Source: an uncultured Rhizobiaceae bacterium
Lineage (GTDB): Bacteria; Pseudomonadota; Alphaproteobacteria; ATCC43930; Allostellaceae
Assembly (NCBI GenBank): GCA_964594715.1
Contig: CAZQOA010000001.1
Location: 1 to 24,000, forward strand
Direction: 5' to 3'
DNA: 24,000 bases
How positions within the stretch are numbered: the stretch's first letter is position 1; the number at the start of each line of letters is the position of its first letter. Under the pieces are notes generated by a model. The model did not search any database, was not told the origin of the DNA, and saw only the letters and a list, made by a program, of their open reading frames with translations. Below are positions 14,401 to 22,291 of the stretch, one piece after another. Both the position numbers and the translations under genes were made by a program.

Positions 14401-15621
14401 CATGACCCCGCCGCCGCCGCGGCCCTGGTCGCGCGGGTCGCCGCGGACGACGCGCTGCGGACGCGCCTGTCGGATGCGGCCCGGCGCCTGGCGCAGGATT
14501 TCACGCCCATGGGGACGTTCGCCGCCCAGCTCGACCAGTTGGGCCGCGACCGCGCCACCGATGCCGCGAACGAACGGGCCGACATGGCGACCATCCTGGC
14601 CGACCCCGACTTCGACCTGGAGGAGTATCTTGCCCCGCAAGGGCCGCCGACGACGCGGGAGATGGCCGCCATGACCCATGTCCGGACCTGGCGCTGCGGC
14701 TTCAGCGAGCGACGCCCGGCGCCGGGCATCCATCCGGGAATCCTGGCCGAGATGCGGCCGGGGCGGGCCGGCGATCCCTTCGCCGCCTATATCCGCGACG
14801 GCAAGCCGGCCGGCCCCTGGCGGCGCCAGGTGATCGGCCCGGGGCCGGGCGACGGCCGCGCCGGAACCCTGCGGGCGGCACTGCACCTCCATCTCTTCCA
14901 CGCCGACCAGCTCGACGACATCCTGCGGCGACTGGCGGTGAATGTTCGCCGCTGCGACCTCATCGTCACCACCGACTCGCGCGCCAAGGCCCGCGAGATC
15001 GAATGGCGTGCCGCCACCCTGCCGGCACGCCGCCTGCGCATCCTGCTGGTGCCGAACCGCGGTCGCGACATCGGCGCCTTCCTGACCGGGTTGGGCGCGG
15101 CGATGCTGGCGGAATACGAGGTCGTCGGCCACCTGCATTCGAAGAAGACCGAGCATCAGGCAGCGGAGGTCGGCCGGCGCTGGCGCGAGCGCCTGATGCA
15201 GGGGTTGGTGGGCGACGCCTATCCCATGGCCGACCGCATCCTGGCCGCCTTCGAGGCCGATCCGTCGCTCGGCCTCGTCCACCCCGACGACCCCAACCTG
15301 TTGGGCTGGGAGCAGCGGGCGCGAAGCGGCCTGCCCATCGCGGAGCGCAGCAACCGACCATGGGCGGAAGCGCTGGGCCGGCGGATGGGCATCGACCCAT
15401 TGCCCGAATCCTTCGATTTCCCGGTCGGGACCATGTTCTGGGCGCGGCCGCGGGCGCTGCGGCCGCTATTCGACCTGGGATTGCGCTGGGAGGACTATCC
15501 GCCGGAACCGGCACCGATCGATGCCAGTGTCCTGCACGCCATCGAGCGGCTGGTCGGCGTCGTCGCGGCGCACACCGGCCATCGCACCGCGGTCACCCAT
15601 CTTCCCGGGTTCCCTCGCTAA
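11434..15621 (+). CDS. Giant multidomain glycosyltransferase: N-terminal tandem repeats, GT-B/GT4 module, second divergent GT-B module, C-terminal rhamnan-synthesis-protein-F (RgpF)-like domain
   Basis: A single 1395-aa ORF. GT4 module 1 begins about nt 12241 (RRIIFVGHEATRTGAP) and carries FLMTSRADPFPGVALEAMSAGLPVIAF (about 13036-13113). Module 2 carries LFLATAAGDRVGFPALGALEHGLPVIAF (about 14248-14331). The RgpF-like region (about 14866-15618) reads LHLHLFHADQLDDIL...LVPNRGRDIGAF...VGHLHSKK...FPVGTMFWARP.AL.PLF...EP.P.D...LHAIERL. The start codon is uncertain because no clear RBS precedes ATG 11434. Confidence 0.75.
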   Translation: MGQGDDGGDDAGLAFAEGFYRAQLDRPPPDGGSALDHYRQGGWRLGLDPHPLFSTRHYLAHAPDAPRSGLDPLTHFLRQGMDAARPFHPCFDIVGYRQQLAGPTSGNPLLHYLRQGAAHGLAPCDIFDAGYYRDAAGAAAIDGDPLSHYLSTGWRLHLPFHPFFDPAHYMAQPGAGRRSPVPLVDFLLAPAGTRASPQAFFDPAMARGLPAGLCPYHTYMTHGLDRPGTAISRLRSADWFRRAAAEGAGGTPARRYLAARRRHRDHGRRRIIFVGHEATRTGAPIILLRLVEHAAASGLVECVTVLAAGGPLVDAYAAAGHVLLPKPGDAEADTVRYVLDRFADDPPSAAIVNTIVTPDLAAAFAAAGVAVHVLVHESADMYPRDQLAAVARSADRLIFASRHTAERFQARTAVDGCAIEVAHSGVTSSPGRGTVTTTAATDELVVLGCGTMSWRKGVDRFVTVARKTLARLPADPSVPLGRVRFDWVGGRLPPSHEGAEFWAAFEIELHGLRDRVRLVDEVADLGPLYAGAAVFLMTSRADPFPGVALEAMSAGLPVIAFADSGGAPEALAGGAGIVVPYDDTDAMADALAGLLATPERRRAIGKVALAKVAADYRFADYAAAILGPIVPGMCADAMADVAAGTVPAPPAGARDTGQPAQPTPSPLDPGRETLLIVAHGADPDAGLLALNLAAFLRRRRNVVLMLCDGNALAPAARAAADAVVTADAATMRDEALVRSEIDRIAVTFAVHRAIIIGEVPAAVPFALAARFLPSVLVPGGKLTAGSRRDRHAWCHLVVAPASGIAASFREDQPERPDGEILHLQHGRSQIWSASRAERAEETARLAAALDGSPDAQRPLLVLGAGAPTVDGGIDLFLRCAARLADDPRLRFAWVCDPGTADGPEWSALRRRIAGSPRHRHVVLWGEAPTLEPAFAAAALFLATAAGDRVGFPALGALEHGLPVIAFADGGGLATMLAADADAAAGLVPEHDPAAAAALVARVAADDALRTRLSDAARRLAQDFTPMGTFAAQLDQLGRDRATDAANERADMATILADPDFDLEEYLAPQGPPTTREMAAMTHVRTWRCGFSERRPAPGIHPGILAEMRPGRAGDPFAAYIRDGKPAGPWRRQVIGPGPGDGRAGTLRAALHLHLFHADQLDDILRRLAVNVRRCDLIVTTDSRAKAREIEWRAATLPARRLRILLVPNRGRDIGAFLTGLGAAMLAEYEVVGHLHSKKTEHQAAEVGRRWRERLMQGLVGDAYPMADRILAAFEADPSLGLVHPDDPNLLGWEQRARSGLPIAERSNRPWAEALGRRMGIDPLPESFDFPVGTMFWARPRALRPLFDLGLRWEDYPPEPAPIDASVLHAIERLVGVVAAHTGHRTAVTHLPGFPR
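11476..12109 (+). repeat. Six tandem degenerate ~36-38-aa protein repeats at the N-terminus of the giant glycosyltransferase
   Basis: Repeat units start at F15, F53, F91, F127, F164 and F201 (nt 11476, 11590, 11704, 11812, 11923 and 12034). The shared pattern is F-D-x2-x-Y-x(8-12)-[DN]-P-L-x-H-[YF]-L-x2-G-x5-P-x-[PD]-x. Confidence 0.7.
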
Positions 15622-15693
15622 CCCGGCCGGCCGGCAATGGTCCGGATCGCGCGGGATTGTCCCAAAAAGGTTGCAGATGAAGGTGCTGGCCGC

Positions 15694-15722
15694 TTCCATG
15701 GGGCCCGGGCACAGCCTATATA
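15694..15722 (+). promoter_or_regulatory. Putative sigma-70 promoter upstream of the DUF1013 gene (TTCCAT-N17-TATATA)
   Basis: TTCCAT at 15694-15699, a 17-nt spacer and TATATA at 15717-15722. The TATATA hexamer is conspicuous in about 70% GC DNA. It sits about 84 nt upstream of ATG 15806. Confidence 0.35.
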
Positions 15723-15805
15723 CGCCGCAATCAGGACAGCAACGGCCCGACGACGGACCCCCAGCGGGGCGCGAACCGGGAAGCGCAACCAGAAGGATTT
15801 GGTCC

Positions 15806-16378
15806 ATGACCCTGCCGCTGATGCCGAAGGCCACCGCCGTGTGGCTGGTGGAGAACACGGCGCTTACCTTCCAGCAGATTGCCGATTTCTGCGGGCTGCA
15901 CGAGCTCGAGGTCCAGGCGATCGCCGACGGCGAGGTGGCGACCGGTATGCAAGGCTGGGATCCGGTCGGCAACGGCCAGCTCACCCGGGACGAGATCGCG
16001 CGCTGCGAGGCGGACCCCGCCCAGCGGCTGAAGCTGATCAAGGCGAACAACCCCCTGCCGCAGGCCAAGGGCAAGGGTCCCCGCTACACGCCGATCAGCC
16101 GCCGTCAGGACAAGCCCAATGCCATCGCCTGGCTGATCCGCACCCATCCGGAACTGTCCGACGCCCAGGTCTCCAAGCTGATCGGCACCACCAAGCCGAC
16201 CATCGAGAAGATTCGCGACCGGACCCATCCGGAAAGCCAGAACATCAAGCCGGCCCATCCGGTGACGCTCGGCCTCTGCACCCAGGTGGAGCTGGATGCG
16301 GCACTCGCCCGCGCCCACAAGACGCGACCGGCCACCCAGCCGCTCGACGACCTGACGGAGGAGGAGTCGGCATACTGA
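15806..16378 (+). CDS. DUF1013 domain-containing protein, a conserved alphaproteobacterial family (I recall some databases naming it cell-cycle regulator TrcR)
   Basis: RBS AGAAGGA at 15791-15797. The translation MTLPLMPKATAVWLVENTALTFQQIADFCGLHELEVQAIADGEVA...GQLTRDEI...RYTPISRRQDKPNAIAWLIRTHPELSDAQVSKLIGTTKPTIEKIRDRTH matches my memory of the DUF1013 family well. Confidence 0.7.
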   Translation: MTLPLMPKATAVWLVENTALTFQQIADFCGLHELEVQAIADGEVATGMQGWDPVGNGQLTRDEIARCEADPAQRLKLIKANNPLPQAKGKGPRYTPISRRQDKPNAIAWLIRTHPELSDAQVSKLIGTTKPTIEKIRDRTHPESQNIKPAHPVTLGLCTQVELDAALARAHKTRPATQPLDDLTEEESAY

Positions 16379-16406
16379 CGCGCGGGCCTCCACCACCCTT
16401 GCGCCC

Positions 16407-17000
16407 GTGAGCCTCCCCGACGGTTACACCGACGTGCCGGCAGGCAAGCTCGCCACCGTCGTCACCTCGCTCGTCATGCAGGCGCCGCCGTCGCCGCGGC
16501 CGGAGCCCGATCCCGCGCCGTGGGTGCTGCGCCCGATGCCGGCCCCGCCGCTCGACTGGTACCGCGACCTCTATCGCCGGGTGGGCGAAGACTGGCTGTG
16601 GTTCTCGCGCCTGCGGATGGCGGACGGCGCGCTCGCCGCCATCATCCATGCCCCGGCGGTGGAAGTCTTCGCGCTTTCCGTCGATGGACGCGACGAAGGA
16701 CTGCTGGAGCTGGATTTCCGCGATGCGGGCGCCTGCGAGCTGGCCTTCTTCGGGGTCACCGCCGGCCAGCTCGGCACCGGCGCCGGGCGCTGGCTGATGA
16801 ACCGCGCCATCGAGCGCGCCTGGGCCCACCCGATCGGGCGCTTCTGGGTGCATACCTGCACCCTCGACCATCCGGGGGCGCTGCCCTTCTACATCCGTTC
16901 GGGCTTCGTGCCCACGCGCCGCCAGATCGAGATCGCCGACGACCCCCGCCTGCTGGGCGAGGCCCCGCGCGGCGCGGCGCCCCACATTCCCATCCTCTAA
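16407..17000 (+). CDS. GNAT-family N-acetyltransferase
   Basis: GTG start 28 nt after the DUF1013 stop. The acetyl-CoA binding motif is FGVTAGQLGTGAGRWLMNRAIERAW (Q-x-x-G-x-G/A), and the C-terminal part reads FY.RSGF. Confidence 0.7.
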   Translation: MSLPDGYTDVPAGKLATVVTSLVMQAPPSPRPEPDPAPWVLRPMPAPPLDWYRDLYRRVGEDWLWFSRLRMADGALAAIIHAPAVEVFALSVDGRDEGLLELDFRDAGACELAFFGVTAGQLGTGAGRWLMNRAIERAWAHPIGRFWVHTCTLDHPGALPFYIRSGFVPTRRQIEIADDPRLLGEAPRGAAPHIPIL

Positions 17001-18910
17001 TCGCCGGAATCGCCCTTCCGCGCATAGCCGATCGCGTTCAGGGCGAGGCGGATCTCGTCCAGGACGGCGGGATCGTCGATGGTCGCGGGCATGCGGTAGT
17101 CCTGCCCGTCGGCGATCGAGCGCATGGTGCCGCGCAGGATCTTGCCCGACCGGGTCTTCGGCAGGCGCTGGACGATGGTGGCGGTCTTGAAGGCGGCGAC
17201 CGGGCCGATATGCTCGCGCACCCGCTGCACCACCTCGCGGGCGACCTCGTCCTCGGCCCGGGCGATGCCGGCCTTCAGTACCAGCAGCCCCAGCGGCACC
17301 TGGCCCTTGAGGTCGTCGGCGACGCCGATGACCGCGCACTCGGCGACGTCGGGATGGCCGGCCAGCACCTCCTCCATCGCGCCGGTGGACAGGCGGTGGC
17401 CGGCGACGTTGATGATGTCGTCGGTGCGCGACATGACGTGGACATAGCCGTCCCCGTCGACGAACCCGGCATCGCCCGTCTGGTAATAGCCGGGAAAGGC
17501 CGCCAGGTAGGCCTCGTGGAAGCGCGCCGCCGCGTGCCACAGGGTCGGCAGCGCGCCCGGCGGCAGCGGCAGCCTGATCGCCAGCGCGCCGACATCGCCC
17601 CGCTTCATCTCGCGGCCCTCCGGATCGAGGCAGCGCACGTCCCAGCCGGGCACCGCCACGGTCGGCGACCCCGGCTTCACCGGCAGCAGGCCCAGTCCGA
17701 GGCAGTTGGCGGCGATCGGCCAGCCGGTCTCCGTCTGCCACCAATGGTCGATGACCGGCAGCCGGAACAGCTCCTGCGCCCATTCCACGGTCGGCGGGTC
17801 GGCGCGCTCGCCGGCCAGGAACAAGGCCCGCAGGCAGCCGAGGTCGTAGCGCCGCAGCAGCTTGCCCTCGGGATCCTCGCGCTTGATCGCCCGGAAGGCG
17901 GTGGGGGCGGTGAACATGACGGATGCGCCATGGTCGGCGATCACCCGCCAGAAGGCGCCGGCGTCGGGGGTGCCCACCGGCTTGCCCTCGTAGAGCACGG
18001 TGGTGGCGCCGGTCAGCAGCGGCGCATAGACGATGTAGGAATGGCCGACCACCCAGCCGACGTCCGAGGCGGTGAACATCGTCTCGCCCGGGGCCACGGC
18101 ATAGATGTTCTCCATGCTCCAGCGCAGTGCCACCGCGTGGCCGCCATTGTCCCGCACGATGCCCTTGGGATGGCCGGTCGTGCCGGACGTGTAGAGGATG
18201 TAGAGCGGGTCGGTCGCCGCCACCGGCACGCAGTCATGGGGCGTCGCCGCGGCGACCGCCGCGTCCCAGGCGAGATCGCGGCCGGGCACCAGCTCGGCGG
18301 CCAGCATCGGGCGCTGCAGGATGATGCAATGGCCGGGCTTGGCCGACGCCATTTCGATCGCCGCGTCCAGCAGGGGCTTGTAGGGGATGATCCGGCTGCC
18401 CTCGACGCCGCACGAGGCGGAGACGACGACGGTCGGGCGGGCATCGTCGAGCCGGGTCGCCAGCTCGGCCGCCGCGAAACCGCCGAAGACGACCGAATGC
18501 ACCGCCCCCAGCCGGGCACAGGCCAGCATCGCGACCGCGGCCTCGGGCACCATCGGCATGTAGATGACGACGCGGTCGCCCTTGGCGACGCCGAGCCCGG
18601 CCAGCGCGCCGGCGAACAGCGCCACCCGGTCGCGCAGCTCGCGATAGGTGAAGCGCGCCACGGTGCCGGTGACGGGGCTGTCATGGATCAGCGCCACCTG
18701 GCCCGCCCGCCCGCCTTCGACATGGCGGTCGAGCGCGTTCCAGCAGGTGTTCATGACACCGTCGGCGTACCAGCGCGCGGTGCCGTCGTCCTGCAACTCG
18801 CGGATACGGGTCGGCGGCCGGATCCAGTCGATCGCCCCGGCGGCGTCCCGCCAGAACCCTTCCGGGTCGCTGGCCGCGCGGTCCCTGGCCTGCTCGTAGC
18901 GGCTGGTCAT
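16997..18910 (-). CDS. prpE: Propionate--CoA ligase (acyl/acetyl-CoA synthetase family)
   Basis: AAGGAG RBS precedes ATG (CAT 18908-18910). Matching segments include DPEGFW, WYADGVMNTCWNALDRHV and YMPMVPEAAVAMLACARLGAVHSVVFGGFAAAELATRLDDARP. The AMP-binding motif is ILYTSGTTGHPKGI. At 637 aa it is typical of PrpE. Confidence 0.75.
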   Translation of the reverse strand: MTSRYEQARDRAASDPEGFWRDAAGAIDWIRPPTRIRELQDDGTARWYADGVMNTCWNALDRHVEGGRAGQVALIHDSPVTGTVARFTYRELRDRVALFAGALAGLGVAKGDRVVIYMPMVPEAAVAMLACARLGAVHSVVFGGFAAAELATRLDDARPTVVVSASCGVEGSRIIPYKPLLDAAIEMASAKPGHCIILQRPMLAAELVPGRDLAWDAAVAAATPHDCVPVAATDPLYILYTSGTTGHPKGIVRDNGGHAVALRWSMENIYAVAPGETMFTASDVGWVVGHSYIVYAPLLTGATTVLYEGKPVGTPDAGAFWRVIADHGASVMFTAPTAFRAIKREDPEGKLLRRYDLGCLRALFLAGERADPPTVEWAQELFRLPVIDHWWQTETGWPIAANCLGLGLLPVKPGSPTVAVPGWDVRCLDPEGREMKRGDVGALAIRLPLPPGALPTLWHAAARFHEAYLAAFPGYYQTGDAGFVDGDGYVHVMSRTDDIINVAGHRLSTGAMEEVLAGHPDVAECAVIGVADDLKGQVPLGLLVLKAGIARAEDEVAREVVQRVREHIGPVAAFKTATIVQRLPKTRSGKILRGTMRSIADGQDYRMPATIDDPAVLDEIRLALNAIGYARKGDSGD

Positions 18911-19036
18911 CGCCGCTCCTTCTTGTCTAAATGACGGAGTCCCCGCCGGCGTCGGCATCGTCCGCAACGCCGGCATCCGGATAGTGGATCAGCCTGACCC
19001 TGCCTGCCAAGGTGTCGGCATCGAGGTTCCCAGCAG

Positions 19037-20662
19037 ATGACCGTCAGCCCCTACGACCAGCACCTCGCGCGCAATGCCGCCAACCATGCGCCGCTGACGC
19101 CGCTCGGCTTCATCGAGCGCACCGCCGCGGTCCATCCCGACCGTATCGCCGTCATCCACGGGGCAGTGCGGCAGAGCTGGGCCGAGACCTATCGGCGCTG
19201 CCGCCGGCTGGCCGGTGCGCTGGCCGGCCGCGGCATCGGCCGGGGCGACACCGTCGCGGTGATGGCACCCAACGTGCCGGCCCTGTTCGAGGCGCATTTC
19301 GGGGTGCCGATGACGGGCGCGGTGCTGAACGCCCTCAATGTCCGGCTCGACGCCGACACCATCGCCTTCATCCTCGACCATGGCGAGGCCAAGGTCCTGC
19401 TGACCGACCGCGAATTCGCGCCCACCGTGGCCAAGGCGCTGGCGCTGGTCGCCCGGCCGCCGATCGTCATCGACATCGACGACCCGGCCGGCCCCTTCGG
19501 CGAGGCGTTGGGCGAAACCGACTATGAGAGCTTCCTCGCCACCGGCGACCCGGACTTCCACTGGTCGCCGCCGGCCGACGAATGGGATGCGATCGCGCTC
19601 AACTACACCTCGGGCACCACGGGCGATCCCAAGGGCGTCGTCTACCACCATCGCGGCGCCTATCTGAACGCCATGGGCAACGTCCTGGTCTGGGGGCTGG
19701 CGCACCACCCGGTCTATCTCTGGACCCTGCCGATGTTCCACTGCAACGGCTGGTGCTTCCCCTGGACCGTGACGGCCCTGGCCGGGACCCATGTCTGCCT
19801 GCGCCGGATCGACGCCCGGTCGATCTTCGCCGCCATCGCCGACCATGGCGTGACCCATCTCTGCGGCGCACCGATCATCATGAACCTGCTGATCCACGCC
19901 GACCCGGCCGACCGGCGCGGCCTGCCGGGGCCGGTCAAGCTGATGACGGCGGCGGCCCCGCCGCCGGCCTCGGTGATCGAGGCGATGGAGCGCCAGGGCT
20001 TCCAGATCACCCATGTCTATGGCCTGACCGAGGTCTATGGCCCGGCCGTGGTCTGCGACTGGCATGCCGAATGGAACCTGCTGCCCGACGACGAGCAGGC
20101 GCGCCTGAAGTCGCGGCAGGGGGTGCGCTACCCGGTCCTGGAGGGGCTGATGGTGGCCGACCCGGCGACGCTGGCGCCGGTGCCGTCCGACGGCGCCACC
20201 ATGGGCGAGGTCTTCATGCGCGGCAATATCGTCATGAAGGGCTATTTCAAGAACCCGCGCGCCACCGACGAGGCCTTCGCCGGCGGCTGGTTCCATACCG
20301 GGGACCTCGGCGTCCGCCACCCCGACGGCTATGTCGAGCTGAAGGACCGCTCCAAGGACATCATCATCTCCGGCGGCGAGAACATCTCCACGATCGAGGT
20401 CGAGGGCGTGCTCTACCGCCATCCGGCGGTGCTGGAGGCAGCCGTCGTGGCCCGGCCGGACGAGCGCTGGGGCGAGACCCCTTGCGCCTTCGTCACCCTG
20501 AAGCCGGGCCAGTCCGCGACCGCCGACGAGATCATCGCCTTTGCCCGCGGCCATCTCGCCCGCTTCAAGGTGCCGCGGACGGTCGTCTTCGGCCCCCTGC
20601 CCAAGACCTCCACCGGCAAGGTGCAGAAATTCACCCTGCGCGCGCAGGCGAAGGCGCTCTAA
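19037..20662 (+). CDS. AMP-dependent acyl-CoA synthetase (short/medium-chain type)
   Basis: AMP-binding signature LNYTSGTTGDPKGVVYHHRGAY, together with GWFHTGDLG, KDRSKDIIISGGENISTIEVE and the C-terminal PKTSTGKVQKF. Confidence 0.8.
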   Translation: MTVSPYDQHLARNAANHAPLTPLGFIERTAAVHPDRIAVIHGAVRQSWAETYRRCRRLAGALAGRGIGRGDTVAVMAPNVPALFEAHFGVPMTGAVLNALNVRLDADTIAFILDHGEAKVLLTDREFAPTVAKALALVARPPIVIDIDDPAGPFGEALGETDYESFLATGDPDFHWSPPADEWDAIALNYTSGTTGDPKGVVYHHRGAYLNAMGNVLVWGLAHHPVYLWTLPMFHCNGWCFPWTVTALAGTHVCLRRIDARSIFAAIADHGVTHLCGAPIIMNLLIHADPADRRGLPGPVKLMTAAAPPPASVIEAMERQGFQITHVYGLTEVYGPAVVCDWHAEWNLLPDDEQARLKSRQGVRYPVLEGLMVADPATLAPVPSDGATMGEVFMRGNIVMKGYFKNPRATDEAFAGGWFHTGDLGVRHPDGYVELKDRSKDIIISGGENISTIEVEGVLYRHPAVLEAAVVARPDERWGETPCAFVTLKPGQSATADEIIAFARGHLARFKVPRTVVFGPLPKTSTGKVQKFTLRAQAKAL

Positions 20663-21315
20663 TCGCGATAGGCGGCGTCGAAGAAGGCGCCTTCCAGCTC
20701 CACCATGGCGGCAAACTGCTGCTGGACGCGCTCGCGGGCGGTGGCGTCGAGACCGGCCGCCGCGGCGTCGAACTCCGCGGCGACGCCCATGACGAACGCT
20801 TCGAATGCCGGGTTGGCGTGGAGCGCGATCCATTCGCCATGCTCGAAGCGCGGCGGCGCCTTGCCCGCCTCCGCCGACGCCCAGTCAAGATAGATCCATT
20901 CCGCGGGCAGGAGGACGGCCAGGATGTCGACATAGTCGCTGTCCCCGGCGTCCCGCAGCAGGGCGAGGAAGCGCTCCGATTCCGGCCACAGGACGGGGCG
21001 GTCGCGTTCCGCCCGGGTCACGCCCAGGCCAGCGAAGCAGCGCTCGAAATAGGTGTTCTCGTCGCTGGTCAGAATGGCCGCGAAGCGCGCGAAGAGGCGC
21101 TTGCCGGCCATGGTCGGCGCCCGGGCGATGGCCAGTCCGACCAGCGAAGCCAGGGTGGTGACGAAGGCGTAGTCCTGGACCAGGTAGCGCCGCAGCACCC
21201 GGTCGTCGAGCGTGCCGTCCCCCAGTTCCTGGACGAAGCGGTGGGTGGTGGCCCTGGTCCAGGCGGCGTGATGGCGCGCGCGGAGTGCGCCGGCGAAGGA
21301 GAACCCCTGCGTCAT
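20659..21315 (-). CDS. tenA: TenA-family protein (thiaminase II / aminopyrimidine aminohydrolase-like), apparently lacking the catalytic Cys
   Basis: Starts at ATG (CAT 21313-21315). Matching segments are HRFVQELGDGTLDDRVLRRYLVQDYAFV and LLPAEWIYLDW. Ala at nt 20902-20904 sits where I recall TenA_C enzymes having Cys in a P-C-x-W-x-Y motif. Confidence 0.7.
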   Translation of the reverse strand: MTQGFSFAGALRARHHAAWTRATTHRFVQELGDGTLDDRVLRRYLVQDYAFVTTLASLVGLAIARAPTMAGKRLFARFAAILTSDENTYFERCFAGLGVTRAERDRPVLWPESERFLALLRDAGDSDYVDILAVLLPAEWIYLDWASAEAGKAPPRFEHGEWIALHANPAFEAFVMGVAAEFDAAAAGLDATARERVQQQFAAMVELEGAFFDAAYRD

Positions 21316-22166
21316 CCCTGGAACCGCTCCACCGGAAACCAGCGCAAGGGGGCTGCGATCTCGTCCTGGGCCGCGACCAGGGCCAGCTCGTCGCCGCCGG
21401 CCGCGCGCGTGCGTTCGAGCACGCCATGGATCGCGGCGGCGGCGTAGGCCAGTGCCGACGCCGCGGTGCCGGCACGCAGCAGGCCGGCCAGGAACAGGGC
21501 CGCGACCAGATCGCCGGTGCCCTTCACCCGCACCGGCACGGTCGGGTGGACGACCAGCCAGGCGCCGGTCCCGTCGACCGCCATCATGCGCTGGACGCCG
21601 GCATCGCCCCCCGCCTCGACGCTGGTGACCAGCACCGTGCCGCCGCTGCCGGCCCGGCGCAGCTCGTCGGCCGCCGCGTGCACCGCGGCCAGGGTCGGCA
21701 GGCGGCGCCCGACCAGCCACTCCAGCTCGAACTGGTTGGGGGTCACGACGTCGGCCGCGGGCACCAGCCGGTCGCGGAAGAGCTCGGGCACGCCGGCCGC
21801 GACATAGATGCCCTCGGCGCGGTCGCCGACCACCGGGTCGCAGCAATACAGCATGCGATCCGATGCCGCCCGCGCATGGGCGACGGCGCCGGCGATCGCC
21901 GCCCCGACCGCCGCATCGCCGACATAGCCGGACAGCACCGCCTGGCAGCGCGCCAGCAGGCCGCGGGCGTGCAGCGCCTCCAGCATCCCCTGCACGCGCT
22001 CCGCCGGCAGGGGGCCGCCATGCCAGGTCGCATGGCCGGGATGGTTGGAGCCGACCCAGGTCGGCACCGCCCAGGTCTCGAAGCCGAGGCGTTGCAGGGG
22101 GAAGAGCGCGGCCGCATTGCCGACATGCCCCGACGCGACCCAGGACTGGATGGAGAGGATTGCCAT
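21312..22166 (-). CDS. pdxY: Pyridoxal/pyridoxamine kinase-family protein (PdxY/PdxK, ribokinase superfamily)
   Basis: MAILSIQSWVASGHVGNAAALFPLQRLGFETWAVPT...SNHPGH...LSGY.G...PV.GD...G.YV......PNQFELE.L are PdxY hallmarks. The stop overlaps the tenA start in ATGA (21312-21315). Confidence 0.75.
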   Translation of the reverse strand: MAILSIQSWVASGHVGNAAALFPLQRLGFETWAVPTWVGSNHPGHATWHGGPLPAERVQGMLEALHARGLLARCQAVLSGYVGDAAVGAAIAGAVAHARAASDRMLYCCDPVVGDRAEGIYVAAGVPELFRDRLVPAADVVTPNQFELEWLVGRRLPTLAAVHAAADELRRAGSGGTVLVTSVEAGGDAGVQRMMAVDGTGAWLVVHPTVPVRVKGTGDLVAALFLAGLLRAGTAASALAYAAAAIHGVLERTRAAGGDELALVAAQDEIAAPLRWFPVERFQG

Positions 22167-22291
22167 GGGCGGCGACGGTAGCCGCGCCAGGCCCGGCCGT
22201 CACGCCGGAGGTTGCGATCCCGGCACCAGCCGATTGCCGCCGCGGAGACGGGCAGCCTAGGGTGCGGCTCGCAACCTGAGGATTTCCACCC

